DNA from: the human T2T-CHM13v2.0 reference genome, Homo sapiens
Direction: 5' to 3' (one strand)
NCBI RefSeq assembly: GCF_009914755.1
Contig: NC_060933.1
Length of the DNA stretch: 64,000 nt
Below, one piece after another: positions 13,550 through 27,269 of this stretch. The first letter of the stretch is position 1. Each line of letters begins with the position of its first letter. A model generated the notes under the pieces. That model was not told the origin of the DNA and did no database searches. It worked only from the letters and a program-made list of their open reading frames with translations. A program made the position numbers and the translations under genes.

Positions 13550-16500
13550 AATAGACTTTATTTTTTAGAGCAGTTTTAGGTTCACAGCAAAATTGAGGGC
13601 AATGTATGGAGCATTCCCATACAACTCCCTGCTCACTCTGCCCTCATGCCTACCTCTCATCTTCCCATTATCCCCCACCAGAGTGGTATATTTGTTACAA
13701 ATAATGAACCTACATTGACACATTCTTGTTACCCAAAGTCTATAGTTTATATTAGGGTTTATTCTTGGTGTTAAACATTCCATGGGTTTGAACAAATGCA
13801 TAGTGGCATGCATATAATCATATAATCATTTTAGTATCATACACAGTAGTTTTGCTTTCTAAAACCCTTCTGCAATCTCCCATTCATCCCTTCCTTCTCT
13901 CTAACTCCGTGTGACCACTGATCTTTTTACTGTCTCTATAGTTTTGCCTTTTCCAGAATGTCAAGTAGTTGGAATCATACGGTATATAGATTTTTCAGAC
14001 TGGCTGATTTCACTTAGTATTAGGCATTTGTTTTCTGCATGTATTTTCGTTGCTTGACAGCTGACTTCTTTTTAGTGTTGAATAAAAATCCATTGTCTAG
14101 AAATACTACAGTTGATGTATCCATTTACCTACAGAAGGATATTTTGGTTGCTTCCAAGTTTTAGCAAATATGTATAAAACTACTTTAAACATCTTTGTGC
14201 AGAATTTTGTTTGAAGATAATTTTCAACTCTCGGGTAAATGCCAAGGAGCACACTTGCTGGATTGTATGGTAAGAGTGTGTTTGGTTTTGGTAAAAAATG
14301 GCCAAAACATCTTCCAAAGTGGCTATACCATTTCGCATCTCCTTCCTCTTGCTCCAAAGCCTTGTCAGCAATTGGTGTTGTGGTCTGGATTTTGGCCATT
14401 CTCATTGGTGTGTAGAATAACATTTCATTGTTATTTTAATTAGCATATCCCTGATATGTGAAGCATTTTGTATATGCTTATTTTTTATCTGTGTGTCTAT
14501 TTCTTTGGCCCATTTTAAAATCTGGTTGTTAGGTTTTTCATAGTTGAGTTTTAAGACTTTTTTCGTATATTTTGGATAATAGTCCTTTATCAGATCTGCC
14601 TTTTGCAAATATTTTCTTAGAGTCTATGGCTTATCTATTCTCTTGACAGTGCCTTTTGTAGATCAGAAGATTCTTATTTTAATGAAGTCCAGCATATCCA
14701 TTGTTTATTTAATACATAGTGCCTTTGATATTGTTTCTGAAAAGCTGTCATCAAGCCTAACATTATAGATATTATCCTGTGTTATCTTCTAGGAATGTTA
14801 CAGTACTGTGTTTTACGTTGATATCTATAATCTATTTTGAGTTAATTTTTATGAAGAGTGTAAAGTCAGGGTCTAGATTCTTTTTATTTTGCATCAAGAT
14901 ATCTGGTTGTTTCTGTATCATTTGTTGAGAAGATTATCCTTTCTCCATTGTTTGACTCATTCTCAAATATTAACGGACTACATTTATATACGTCTGTTTC
15001 TGGACTTTCTATTCTGTTTCTTTGATCTATTTCTCTCGTCATTTGCTCATACCATGCTGTCTTGATTACTGTAGCTCTATAGTAAGTCTTGGAGTTAGGT
15101 ATGTCAGTCCTCCAACTTTGCTCTTCTTCAGTATTTTGTTGGCTCTTCTTTGTCCTTTGTCTCTTCATATGAACATTTGAATCAATTTGTTGTTATCCAG
15201 GAAGCAACTTGGTGAGATTTTGAGTGTGATTGCATTGAATGTATAGATGAAGTTAGGAAGAACTGACATCCTGACAATATTGAGCTTTCAAAAATCCATG
15301 AACCTGGAATATTTCTCTATTTATTTCATTCATTATTGATTTCTTTCATTAGAATTTTGTAATTTTTCTCCTATAGATATTATATACACACACATATATA
15401 TATGTCTGCGCATATATATGTGTATATATATAGATATATTTATTTATGTAGGTTTATACATAAGTATTTCATTTCTGGAGGTGTTAATGTAAACGCTATT
15501 GTGTTTTTAATTTCAGCTTCTATTTTTTTCATTGCTGTCATATAGGAAAGCAATTGATTTTTGTATTGTAACCTTGTATCTTGCAATTTTGCTATAAGTG
15601 CTTATGGGTTCCAGGAGTTTTTTGTCAACTTTTTCAGATTTTCTATATAGACACTCATGTCATCTGCAAGCAAAGACAATTTTCTTTCTTTCTTCCCTTC
15701 AGCATACATTTTACTTTCTCTTTTTGGCTTACATCAGTAGAAAGGATTTCCAGTATGATGTTGAAAAAGAATAGTGAGAGAGGACATCCTTGCCTTGCTC
15801 CTGATCTTAGTGGGAATGCTTGTAGTTTCTCAAAATTATGATGTTAACGGTGGGTGTTTTGTAGATATTCTTATCAAGTTGAGGAAGTTCTTTATTTCTA
15901 GTTTACTGAGAGTTTTTATCATGAAAAACTGTTCGATTTTGTCAAATGCTTTTTCTGCATCTATTGATATGATTATGTGATTTTTCTTCTTTACCCTGTT
16001 GATATGTGGGAATAAACATTAATTGATTTTCTAATATTGATTTAGTCTTGTGTACCAAAATCCATGTGGTTGTGGTGTATAATTCTTTTTTACATTGTTA
16101 GATTTAATTTGCGTATATTTTGTTGAGGCCTTTTACATTTATGTTCATGAAAGATATTGCTGTGAGATTTCCTATTCTTGTTAATACCTTTGTCTAGTTT
16201 TAATTTTAGGGTAATGCTGACCTCATATAATGAGTTAGGAAGTATTCTCTCTGCTTCTGCCTTCTGAAAGAGACTGTTGGGAATTGGTGTGATATCCTCC
16301 TTAAATGTTTGGTAGAGTTCACCAGTGAACACATGTGGGAGTGGTGCTTTCTGTGTTGGAAGGTTATTAATTGTCAATTCAATTTCTTTAATAGATACAG
16401 GCCTATTCAAATAATATATCTTTTTTTCATGTGAGTTTTAGCAGATTGTGTCTTTCAGGGAATGAATTGGCCCATTTCATCTAGGTTATCAAATTTGTGG

Positions 16501-19470
16501 GCATAGAGTTATATATATTATTTCCTTATTATCCTTTCAGTGGCCAGAGAGTCTGTAGTGATATCCCGTCTTTCACTGCTGATGTTAATTTCTAAATTTG
16601 TTAAATTTGTTAAGGTCTGTGTTATGGTTCTTTTAAATTTGTTAAGGTGTGTTTTATGGTTCAGAATGTGGTCAGTATTGGTGAATGTTACATGTGAGCT
16701 TGAGAAGAATTTGTGTTCTGCTGCCGTTGCATAAAATAGCCTGTAGATGTCAGTTATATCCAGTTGATTGATGGTGTTTTTGAGTTCAACTATGTCTTTA
16801 CTGCTTTTCTGCTTGTTGGATCTGTCCATTTCTGAGAGAGAAGTGTTGAAGTCTCTGGCTATACGAGTGGATTAATCTGTTTCTTCTTGCAGTTCTATCA
16901 GGTTTTGCCTTATATATTTTGATGCTTTGTTATTAGGTGCATGCACTCTAAGGATTGTTATGTCTTCTTCGAGAATTGACCCATTTATTATATAATGTCC
17001 CTCTTTATTCTTGACAGCTTTCCTTGTTGTCAAGTCTGCTCTGTCTGAAATTAATATAGGTCTTCCTGCTTTCTTTTGATTAATGTTAGCATAGTGTCTT
17101 TCTCTATCCATTTACGTTTTATCTGTATGTGTCTTTACATTAAAGTAGATTTCTTGTAGACAACATGTAGTTGGGTCTTGGTTTTTGATCTACTTTGACA
17201 ATCTTAATTTGCTTCCAAAATGATTATTGATATATTTTGATTAATATCTTCTATATTTGTTACTGTTTTTTTTTTCTGTTTGTTGCTCATGTTCTTTATT
17301 CTGCTTTTGTATTCTTTTTTTGTCCTTACGGTTTCAACTGAACATTTTGTATGATTTTTTCTCTTTTGTTAGCATATCAGTTATGTTTCTCTTTTTACTT
17401 TTTAAATGATTGCCACACAGTATGCAATATATATTTACAACTATGTCTACTTGCAAACAACACTATACCACTTCACAGGTAGTGCAAATACTTTATAATA
17501 ACAAATAATCCTAATTTTTTTCTCTCATTCCTTGTATCATTGCTGTCATTCATTTCACTTATACATAAGCATATATAATCAAATACATGACTACTATTAT
17601 TATTTTTAACAAGCTGTTATCTGTTAGATCAATTAAGAATAGGAAAATAAAAGTTTTATTTCATGTTCACTTATCCCTCCTCTGATGCCTTCCTTTCTTT
17701 ATCTAGATCTGAGCTTCTGATCTCTATAATTTGCTTACTCCCTAAAAAAACTTTAAACATTTCCTGCAAGGGAAATGTACGGGTAACAGATTTTCTCAAA
17801 TTTTGCTTGTCTGAGCAAGGCTTTATTTCTCCTTTATTTTTGAAGGATCATTTTGTGGGGTACAGAATTCTAGGTTGTAATTTTCCTCTCTCAGCACTTT
17901 ATTTCACTCTCTTCTCTTCTTGCTTGCATGTTTTCTGGTAGAAAGGTGGATATAACACTTATCTTTGCTTCTCTATATGTATGGTATCTTTCCCTCTGGC
18001 TTTTTTCAGAATTTAAAAAAATCATTGCTTTTATGTAGTTTAAATACAATATACAAATACCTATAGGTTTTTGGCATTTATCCTACTTGGTGTTGTCTGA
18101 GCCTCCTATAACTGTGGTTTGATGTCTGACATTAATTTGGGAGCATCTCAAGATGATTTCAAACATTTCTTCTGTTTTTTTTTTCTCGCTTATTTGTCTG
18201 GAATTCCTATTATGTGTATGTTATAACTTTTGTAGTTGTCCCACGGTTCTTAGATATTCTGTTTTCTTTGCTTTATTCTTTTTCCTCTTCGCTTTTTAGT
18301 TTTAGAGGTTTCCATTGAGATATCCTCAAGATCAGAGATTATCTCCTCAGTTGTGTCCAGTCTGTTAATAAGCTCATTAAAAGCATTCTTCATTTCTGTT
18401 ACCATGCTTTTCGTCTCTAGCATTTATTATTTTGGTTTTTATATCTCTCTGCTTACATTGTTAATTTGTTCTTGCATATTGTCTTTATTATCTTTTATGG
18501 CCTTTAGCACATTAGTCATGGTTACTTTAAATTCCCGGTCTGTTAATTCCAGCATCCCTGCTTATCCTTACTTGGTTCTGATATGTGCTCTGTCTCTTTA
18601 AGCTATGTATTTTACCTTTTAGTCTTCCTTGTAGTTGTCTCTTGATAACCAGACATAACATACTAGGTAAAAGGAAATAAAGTAAATAGGTCTTTAGTAA
18701 TGTAGTGGTAAGGTGTTGGGGGAGTAGAGTCATTCCATAACCCTATAATTAGGTCTCAATCTCATAGTGAGCCTAGAACTTTCACAAGTGTTTCTCAGGA
18801 TTTGGATTTTTTTCTCTTTTTTAATTCCTTAGGTGGGATAGGATGGCTAGAATGGGCTAGAGTTGTCTGTTTCCCTTCACCCACTTAGAAGGCTAGAGGA
18901 TCTTGGAGATGGGTATTGCTTTCCCCCAGGCTGGTTAGGTGCTGATAAAACTCTTATTAGGTTAGGCTCTGTTAAATAGATTTTTTCTGATGGCAGACCT
19001 TGTTAAGAATAGAATGCTGTTATATTTCAAAGTGTTTTTCCCCTCTCCCTGCTGTGATCACAAGGTGAGTTTTTTCTGATATTCACTATGAGAACTGACT
19101 GAGCTTCTGGAGCTAAAACTCATAAAGGTGTGGGGACCCTCCCTATGACTGGGTGCACCTAGAGTTTTTAATTCTCAGACTTGTCCATTCTTAGCCTCCA
19201 GCCATTCATCAGCTATGATTCAGGTTTTCCTGCCCCAGCCCTAGTTACTGTGGTGGTTTCTGTCTGTGAGTTTCTGCTTTGATAAGCTGTGATTCTCTCT
19301 GTAGCTGCCTGTCTGTCTCTCCAACTTTGAGAGTAGCACTTTGCTCTGTGACCTGATTTTCTTTTACAGATCTCATAACAGTTGTTGGTTTTATAGTTTG
19401 TTCAGCTTTTTACTTGTTGTTAAGATGGAGTAGTGACTTCCAAGCTCCTTACAGGCTGGACTAGAAACCT
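13550..19470 (-). mobile_element. Nearly full-length ancient L1MC-type element (3'UTR, ORF2 with internal deletions, ORF1, 5'UTR)
   Basis: 3' end 'atagactttattttttagagcagttttaggttcacagcaaaattga'; minus-strand ORFs 14106..14423, 14884..15168, 16090..16410, 16518..16829, 16872..17111 are ORF2-like; 5'-end-like 'gtttgttcagctttttacttgttgttaagatggagtagtgacttccaagctc'. Confidence 0.88.
15378..15440. repeat. (TA)/(CA) low-complexity microsatellite within the L1
   Basis: Direct reading. Confidence 0.8.
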
Positions 19471-21044
19471 TCGCTTTCCATATTTTGAAATGTATTTTGT
19501 TTTGTGTTCATTGTTGATACTTCTTGAGCTACATGGTTGCTAAACTAAGTAATTTTCAATGCTATGGAGAGCTAGCTGTTTAATGTAATCTGTGATAAAT
19601 TTCCTTGGAAAGTATTATATCCTCTTATTTTCAAAAACTTTGGATTTTTTTTGTCTTTTCTTAAAGTGAAATTCTCCCCTGTTACTTTTAGAAGAATCAT
19701 AGACCCAAGTTTGATTTGGGTTTGGCCTGACATACCAGGAGCAGTTCTGCAGAATGACAGTCTTGTTTGGACTTCTCCAAAACTGAAGTGGCCTCTCTCT
19801 CTGCTCCTCTGTACAGGGGACATGCAGTGGTCATTTCAGATGTGCTAGGGCTTCTCCAAGCTCAAGTGGCGTTCCTCTTTTGTTCTTATGTATACCTACT
19901 TCTCATCCTGAGGTTTACTTGACTCCTGTTGCAGAGGAAGCTGAAGGTGAATGATAGTTTCCTTCCCTGAAATTTGCTGCCAGTCTTGTTATCCTTGGCA
20001 TTTCTAACTCTGACATGACACTCTCACCTAAATTGGCTGATGCTGATTTCTCCCTGGATGAGAATGGCAGTCTGGATTCATTACTTTCTCCTTTCTTGGG
20101 CACATGCAAATTTTCCTGTTCTTGCTGCTGCTACCCAACCATATTTCCGCCTCAGCATTAGGTAATGAGCTCTCTTTTCATTTTTATTTCAGAGAAAACT
20201 TATCCAGACCTATTGGCAGCTCTGTTCTAAATAAAATCTTTAGTTCTACATTCTTTCTTCTTTTTTTCAAGTGATAATCATTTGATTCTTTTTACCTAAT
20301 AAATTAATTTTTTTCTGCCTCCTTTAAATTTTTTCCCTAGAAAAGTACATATGCTGTAACCAATCATTTAAAATATAAGAAGTGTATTTGCCTTTTTCTT
20401 TCAGTGTCATCTTTATTTTAAAAAACATATTTGATATGAAGTACAAGGAATAATGTTAGCATCTGTGCAATATGAAACAATTAGGTGAACATTGTGAATA
20501 ATAATGGGGAGAAGTGGTATCTGTGCTTATTACACATTTCCCCTAGAAAATACTGTGAAAAGTATGGTTTGCTGTATTTTAGATACTCCATAATTACCAT
20601 GTGGATGTGAGTTGTTATGGTAACTGGGTTTCTCCCCTTCTATTAAATAACAGAATAAATGGTTGCTTGAGATGTGACTGAATTGTCAGCTTAATTGTCA
20701 GCTTTCAAGCTAATGTTACCCTGATTGGAAACAGTGGAGAGGTAGGAGAGAAGGAGGGAAAGAGGGAAGGAAGGAGAAAAGGTTGGGGAGAGAATGTTAA
20801 ATTTCCAGAAAACACCTAGGAAGAGATGAGTGTCATTTTACTTTAAAAAGTGTCCTCCCTTCTCTTCTTCTCACTATCTGTCAGAGGACAGGTCTAACAA
20901 AAAATTATTTTGCCCCAACAAGATTACTGTTGATGGAATACTGAAGCCCATTATTTCTTGTATATAAACAATAGGATATTGAGTGGCTTTTGGGGTCTCT
21001 AATACCAGTTGCAAATGGTTTTTTTTTCTGGGAATGTGGAAACA

Positions 21045-21045
<1 letters not shown>

Positions 21046-21084
<39 letters not shown>
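21046..21084. repeat. (TG)n microsatellite, about 19 units
   Basis: Direct reading. Confidence 0.97.
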
Positions 21085-21085
<1 letters not shown>

Positions 21086-21949
21086 TCATAAAGCTAAATG
21101 TAGTGGTTCAGTATGCATATGTGTGTCTGGGTAGCAGTTGAAGTTAAATACATTTATTTTGATAATAACGTTTACATGTGGCAAGCATGAAAAATGCCTT
21201 TGTAAGATTGGGGTTTTAAAATTAACAGCAAATACTTAGTTTACTTGTCAATTTTTACATGCTACTCTTCCAATCCCATTCTAGTTCGACAATCAAAGAA
21301 TGCCATCAAAGTTTGTTACCTGATTTATAGTATTTAATGAAGGGCTGTTATAATGAGTATTTTCTTGTAGATGGAATAAGCATATTTGTTAAGATCACTC
21401 AAGAGGTGGAATGCAATAACAAATTTTTGAACAAAGTATTCTGAACTGTAAATTAACTAACTAGATGGATATGTAGTCCCTTGTAGTAAAACATGTATGA
21501 GGAAACATGATTACCTTTTCATTTTCTCTCCCATCATTCCCCTACAATTGCGAATTATGTTTCTAAGCAGAACATTTCCTGTTGTGATAGTATTTCAAAT
21601 ATACTTAATTAAAGCTTACATCATACAGATTTAAAAGTTTACAGAATTTCAATATATAAAAATTATAATATCTGCTTTAAAATTTTACTGTGTCATTCAA
21701 TATGTTTTTATCTGGAATTAAACCTTTCCTGGCTAGAACATTTTAGACTTGCTTTTGTAAAATCTGCAAAACTGTCTTCTCAACAACTCTGTGCCTATTT
21801 AAAAAAAGTTTTAAATTTTGTGTTTCCAGAATGATCACAACTTGAACACCATAATTTTCTACAAATACTTGCTTATGATAGTATGATTTTCACACGATAG
21901 GAATTTGTCTTAAAGAGGATGCTACATATTTAGTTCTGTTAAACTCCGC

Positions 21950-22710
21950 AGGTCCTTAATTGAACACTTATGTGCAAGACACTGTTATGGGTACCATGGG
22001 AGGGATTCCAGCATGAATAGAACATGACCTCTGCTCCTTAGGATTGTATGAGATTAAGATCTAAAGACAGAATCTGTGGAGTGTTGTGGGAGAGGCACAT
22101 ATATACTGGAAGTATGGAGATGAGAAAAATTATTTCAGTAAGTAGAAATGAGAGGAAAATCGGTCATTCAAGGAAGAGGAAGCAGTGAGTGCAAAGGTCC
22201 TGTGAAGTATAAGACAAGCTTGGGAATCGGTTCGTAATTTGATGCAGCCAGAATGTAGGTTATATAAAAGAGAGGAGCAAGACATCAGGTGGAGAAATTG
22301 GTTAAAGGTCTTGGCCAGCAGTTATTTCTTAAGGTAATTCTAAAAGACTTTGAACATTATACAAAAGAGTTTGGGCTTTATTCTTTAATGAACCATCAAA
22401 GGTTTTGCAAAGTTCTGAGTTAATGTATTAACAGTAAGGGTAGCACCATTGGGGATGTGTTAGGACAAGGAAAGATTTTAAGCTGTTAAGAGATCAGTTA
22501 CTAGATCATAGTAATCTAGGCAGGAATCAGATAGGACTAAACCAATAAAGGAAAAAGTTGGGACATATATCTTAAATATTTCAGAAGTAGACTCAAGAAT
22601 TGAGTCTCAAGGCAAGGGAGATTCCCAAGATAAATCAGAAATTTCAAACTTGGGTAACTGGAACATTGATAGATAATATTGATGGGAACAGGAAAGATAA
22701 CAGGAAGAGT
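21950..22710 (-). mobile_element. L2 fragment
   Basis: 'attgaacacttatgtgcaagacactgtt', 'gcagtgagtgcaaaggtcctg', 'gagtttgggctttattct' L2-like motifs. Confidence 0.6.
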
Positions 22711-23199
22711 GGGTTTCGAATGATGATGACAAAGAAGTGTGCAAAGTCTAATAGATGGTGAGAGGTGAAAGTTTGAGAAGTACATGTTCTAAAACTTGTG
22801 ATTTTTTTAAACTAGGTATTTTCAATTCTATTTTTATTTGGGTATAATATGAATACACTAGAGTTCTCACATTTTACTGTCTAGTTGTATGAATTTTGGC
22901 AAGTGCACACATTCCTCCAACCAGCACCACGGTCAAGATGAGAAGGTTCTACCACCCTCAAACATTTCCCCATGCTCCTTTCTAGTCAGGCCCTTTCCCC
23001 ACCTCCATCTCCTAACAATCTCACATGACCAAGAGGGCTGAACTTCAGGCTCCTAGCCTCATCTTCACTTCATCTAGACAAATTTTACTTCGGTTTTCTG
23101 TCTTATATATTGGCATTTTACTTTATATTGAATTTGGGATAGGGTAGAAAAATTACATAGTTAAATGTTTGAAAATCATCATTCTACTGTGTTACTGAT

Positions 23200-24330
23200 A
23201 AAGCTCTGTCTGAGCTGCCTTTATCTCTTTCCTGGATTGTTGACGTCGCGTCTGAGTAGGTTTTCTTGTGTTGACCTTTGCTACCTACAGTCTATTGTCA
23301 ACAGAGCAGTCAGTATTGTCCTTTTACAATATAAATTAGATCATGTAATTCTTTTTCTCAAAAGCTTATAATGGTTCTCTCTTTAGTAAGAATAAAAGCA
23401 AGTCCTGAACAGTGCCCTAGAAGGCCCTGAATTCTCTGGGTCCCCGTTAATTCACTAACTTTTTCTCTTTCTACTCTCTGTTTTGCTCATTTTGTCTATT
23501 GTAGTTAGACTGACCTCTTTTCTCTTTCTCAAACAGGTCAGTTGTATGCCTGCCCAGGACCTTTGCGTTACCATTTTTTAAAATTGAGGTGTCATTCACA
23601 TAACATAAAACAAACCATTTTAAAGTGTGCAATTCACTGGCATTTAGTACATATACAATGTTGTACAACTATCACCTCTATTTGGAAATGTTAGTTCCAA
23701 AACATTTCAATCTCCTCCTTTCATGTACCCATGAAACAGCCACTTTCTATTCCCTCCTCGTTTCTTCCTGTCTTCCTTCCCCTCTCCCCCGGCAGCTACT
23801 AATCTACTTTCTGTCTCTATGGCTTTACCTATTCTGGATATTTCATATAAGTGACATCATATAACACGTGACCATTTGTGCCTGACTTCTTTCACTTTGG
23901 CATAATGTTTTCAAGGTTCAGCCATAGTGTATCAGTACTTCATTCTTTTTGTGACTGAATAATATTTCGTTATATGCATATTACATATTTTATTCTTCTA
24001 GTTTTTCCGTTGATGGACATTTGGATTGTTTCTACCTTTTGGCTATTGTGAAAGTGCTGCTATGAACATCGATATACATGGATTTGTTTGAATACCTGTT
24101 TTCAGTTCTTTTGGGTATATACCTAGGTGTGGAATTGCTCAGTCATATGGTATTTCTATGTTTAGCTTTCTGAGGAACCACCATTAAGTGTTTTCCATAC
24201 CAGCTGAACCATTTTTTATTCCCACTAGCACTTACTTTGGTCTTTACATCCTCACCTCCTCCAAGTTTTTGCCCATACTTTACCTTCTCTACAAGATCTA
24301 CTCTAACCACCCTATTTAACCCTGTAACCT
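23200..24330 (+). mobile_element. L2 fragment split by an L1MB insertion
   Basis: 'cctacagtctattgtcaacagagcagtcag...ttagatcatgtaatt', 'cccaggacctttgc' continues after 24230. Confidence 0.6.
23575..24228 (-). mobile_element. L1MB-type 3' end fragment
   Basis: 'aattgaggtgtcattcacataacataaaacaaaccattttaaagtgtgcaattc' L1MB 3' terminus in antisense. Confidence 0.85.
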
Positions 24331-27001
24331 TCTCGCATCCCTGCCCTCACCTCATTAGCATTCTTCCCTCCCATGTATATACTCCTATTGTGGGCTCTTC
24401 TTTGGGCACATGTGTAGTATTTCATTATAATTCACTGCCTCTTACACATTGAAACTTGACTGTTAGTCTTCCCTAAGCCATAGGACTGTTCATCTCAATG
24501 CTCCATCAGATAGCTGTCATTGCAAGAGTATGAGTAGTTATAGAAAAAAATTTCACACATTCATTAAAACTGAGTGAGACAGTGGTTGAGAACCCTACTT
24601 TATCATCTGCTGAATAACTAGGTTGCAACTTCATGATTTGAACTTATTTTGTTGATTGGATTTTTTTCAAAGGCTTCTCACAAGTATAGCAAATTGGACA
24701 TAATTGTCATACTTTATAAATGCTAATTGAATTTATTTTTCACCCTAGCAACATTAACCTAAAATATAGGCAATGTGGCTGACTATACAGTATATTAAAT
24801 TGAAATAGCATTCTAAAATGTGTTTTTGTTAAAAATGGTCAGGGAAGTCCTTTTTGCTTGTGACACAATGGGAATGTAAGGGCATGACTTTCTTCAAGCT
24901 GTTTCTCTAAAGTCTCTCTTCATTAAGAGAAAAAGCAAGAAAGTGCATTTTTAAAGAGATTTGTGCACAGCTGACTCCATAGAACACTAAGTCTAGGGTA
25001 TAATCCCATAAAACGTGGGGAGTTCAGGCTGGCTTCTAGGCTGAAGCTTTCTACTGTGCTCCTGTACCCACCTTCAGCTGTGGTTGAAGCAGCAGGAAGA
25101 GGATTAGCTTTAACCTTGAGTTTATAACCTCCTTTTAAATAGGTTTCCTGGCATGAATGTTTTCATGTTTAGAGGCTAAACATTTGATTTGCTCATTTTC
25201 GTTTACATTTTTTCCATAATCCTTTCCTTTTTTAAACTCAAGTTTAAAAAGCATTTGTGAGACCATTGTCTTCCTTGCAAATTGCTCTTTTTGCCAATTT
25301 GCTGAGGCTAAGGGTATTCTCAGTAGTACAATGATATCTATGGATTATTCGGCAAAAATTTAAAAATATTTTAAGCTTGTAAAGTAAGAGATAAACATTT
25401 TGGTTGTGGTGATTGAGTATTGTTTCTGTTAAATCCAGCTGTCAAAATAGGGCTCGAAGATAATTAATATATTTTATGAAAAGGGAACAGAACTGATAGG
25501 AAAAAAGTTGAAGAAAATTGCCCACATTTTGGAAATAAAGAGCAGAGCCAAGACCTGATTAATGCCTTGCCAGCTGGAAATAGAGCCTAGGTTGTAGTTT
25601 GCCACCTGGATAACAGGAGAAGAAGCAAGAGCTGGAGGACTCATTCCTTCAAGGATTTATGTTGACTTATTGACAAGGCTGCCCTCACCCTGCTCGTTGT
25701 AGTACTTATTCAGGAAAAGTCCTGTCTTTATAATTACTTTTAAGTTCATTTCATGGCTGAGTATCTGTTTTATACTGTTTGAGATTTTTTTTTTTTTTTA
25801 AAAACAGCAATGCCATGAGAAGTAATAGATAGCAGTAAGAATTAATCTCTTTGTTCTTTTTATTCCCATGGATTCTTCCTATTTGTGTCCATTTCTGGGT
25901 CTCTCACTAGGTGGAAAAGTCTCTGCAGACACAGACTGATTGATAATCTCATCTTTCCACAGTACCTTGTATATAGTAGGCCCTCACTAAGACTGGGATT
26001 AAAGAACATACTAGAGGCCATGGGAACCAACTATATTCAGAGAGGCTATTATCTTCTTATCTTCCCTATCACAAGGCACTTGAGAATATTAATTCTTATA
26101 ATACAATAAAATGTCCTTAAACACTAGTTATCATGATTCTGGTGTAATTACATACAAATTTGTTTTCTCTCTCACTCTCTCTCTTTTTTTTTTGGTCTGT
26201 AGGACACAAAGTAAAGTTGTAGCTGTTTGACTTTCGATGTGTTACAGGAATCATGAAATGTGATGCACTGTGACTGTTTTTCTTGATTGATCTTTCTTTA
26301 ACAGAAGCAGACCTTGGGAAGATTTGTTGCAAGATAGCCATGTACTAATAGGTAGAAACAGAAATGACTATGAGAACCAGATGTTTTGTCTGGGCCTCTG
26401 TTGAGAAACAGGGTTTGCATGTTGGTATATATAATTTGTCTCTTGTTTACCCACACTGATTAAAGGCCATTTATCTAGTGGTGTGCACAATTGCTGTGTG
26501 CAGTACTCATTTGCCTGCTCTTACCACTGTGGTTTCTACACAACATGATATTTCTGTTGGCAATATAAGTTTATTACTTCAGAATGGTCATATTGGAAAT
26601 CCAGGATATGAGCAATATTTATTTTTATTTAAAATTACTACGGGGGTTTGTTAGACAATGCCAAGTTTCCTGACATTGGCAAGAGGCCTTACAGAGTTTC
26701 CCCCTAATTTTCGAGGGTAGATTTGTATTACATGTACATTTTAACTTGTTATTATTGTAGGATTTTATTTGCTTCAATTTACAAAATTCTAGGCTTACTT
26801 TATTTTGTCTTCACAAGACTCTAAACTCTTCTCCTTAGGAATATCCAAAAGATATTATTTGTGGTTCTGATCCTAGACTGATTTGGTTTGTTTTCAGAAT
26901 CTAAACCACTTAAGGAAAAGAAAGAACTGATGAAACAGTTTTAATTTTATTCTTTTTTAATACTGTGTAGCCTAATATGTTGTGGTACATTTTTCCCATA
27001 G

Positions 27002-27094
27002 GTTCATATCCAGCTTTCAGAGTGGCACCGTGCAATTTTTCTTCCACAGGCCTGGCTTGCATACATGAATCGAGCTTATCATGCCATTTTACAG
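27002..27094 (+). CDS. FOCAD: Focadhesin internal coding exon (93 nt, phase 0-0): VHIQLSEWHRAIFLPQAWLAYMNRAYHAILQ
   Basis: ttttcccatag| acceptor, CAG|gtaatg donor, 31 open codons. Confidence 0.93.
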
Positions 27095-27269
27095 GTAATG
27101 AAACCACAGGATAGGTTTGCTTTGGCGAAATGTCTCCTTATCTCATGTTTTGCTACAAATGTGTATTTAATATAAAAGCACTTGGGAAAAATAGCACTAC
27201 CAAAAATGTAATGGTTATTTTTACTCATAAAAGAATGTGAGGCATATATATATAGCATTGCTGCACTTA

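Noticed and set aside
19915-20109. 64-aa minus-strand ORF with protein-like composition
   Set aside because: Non-ATG start, no recognisable homology or splice context; length expected by chance
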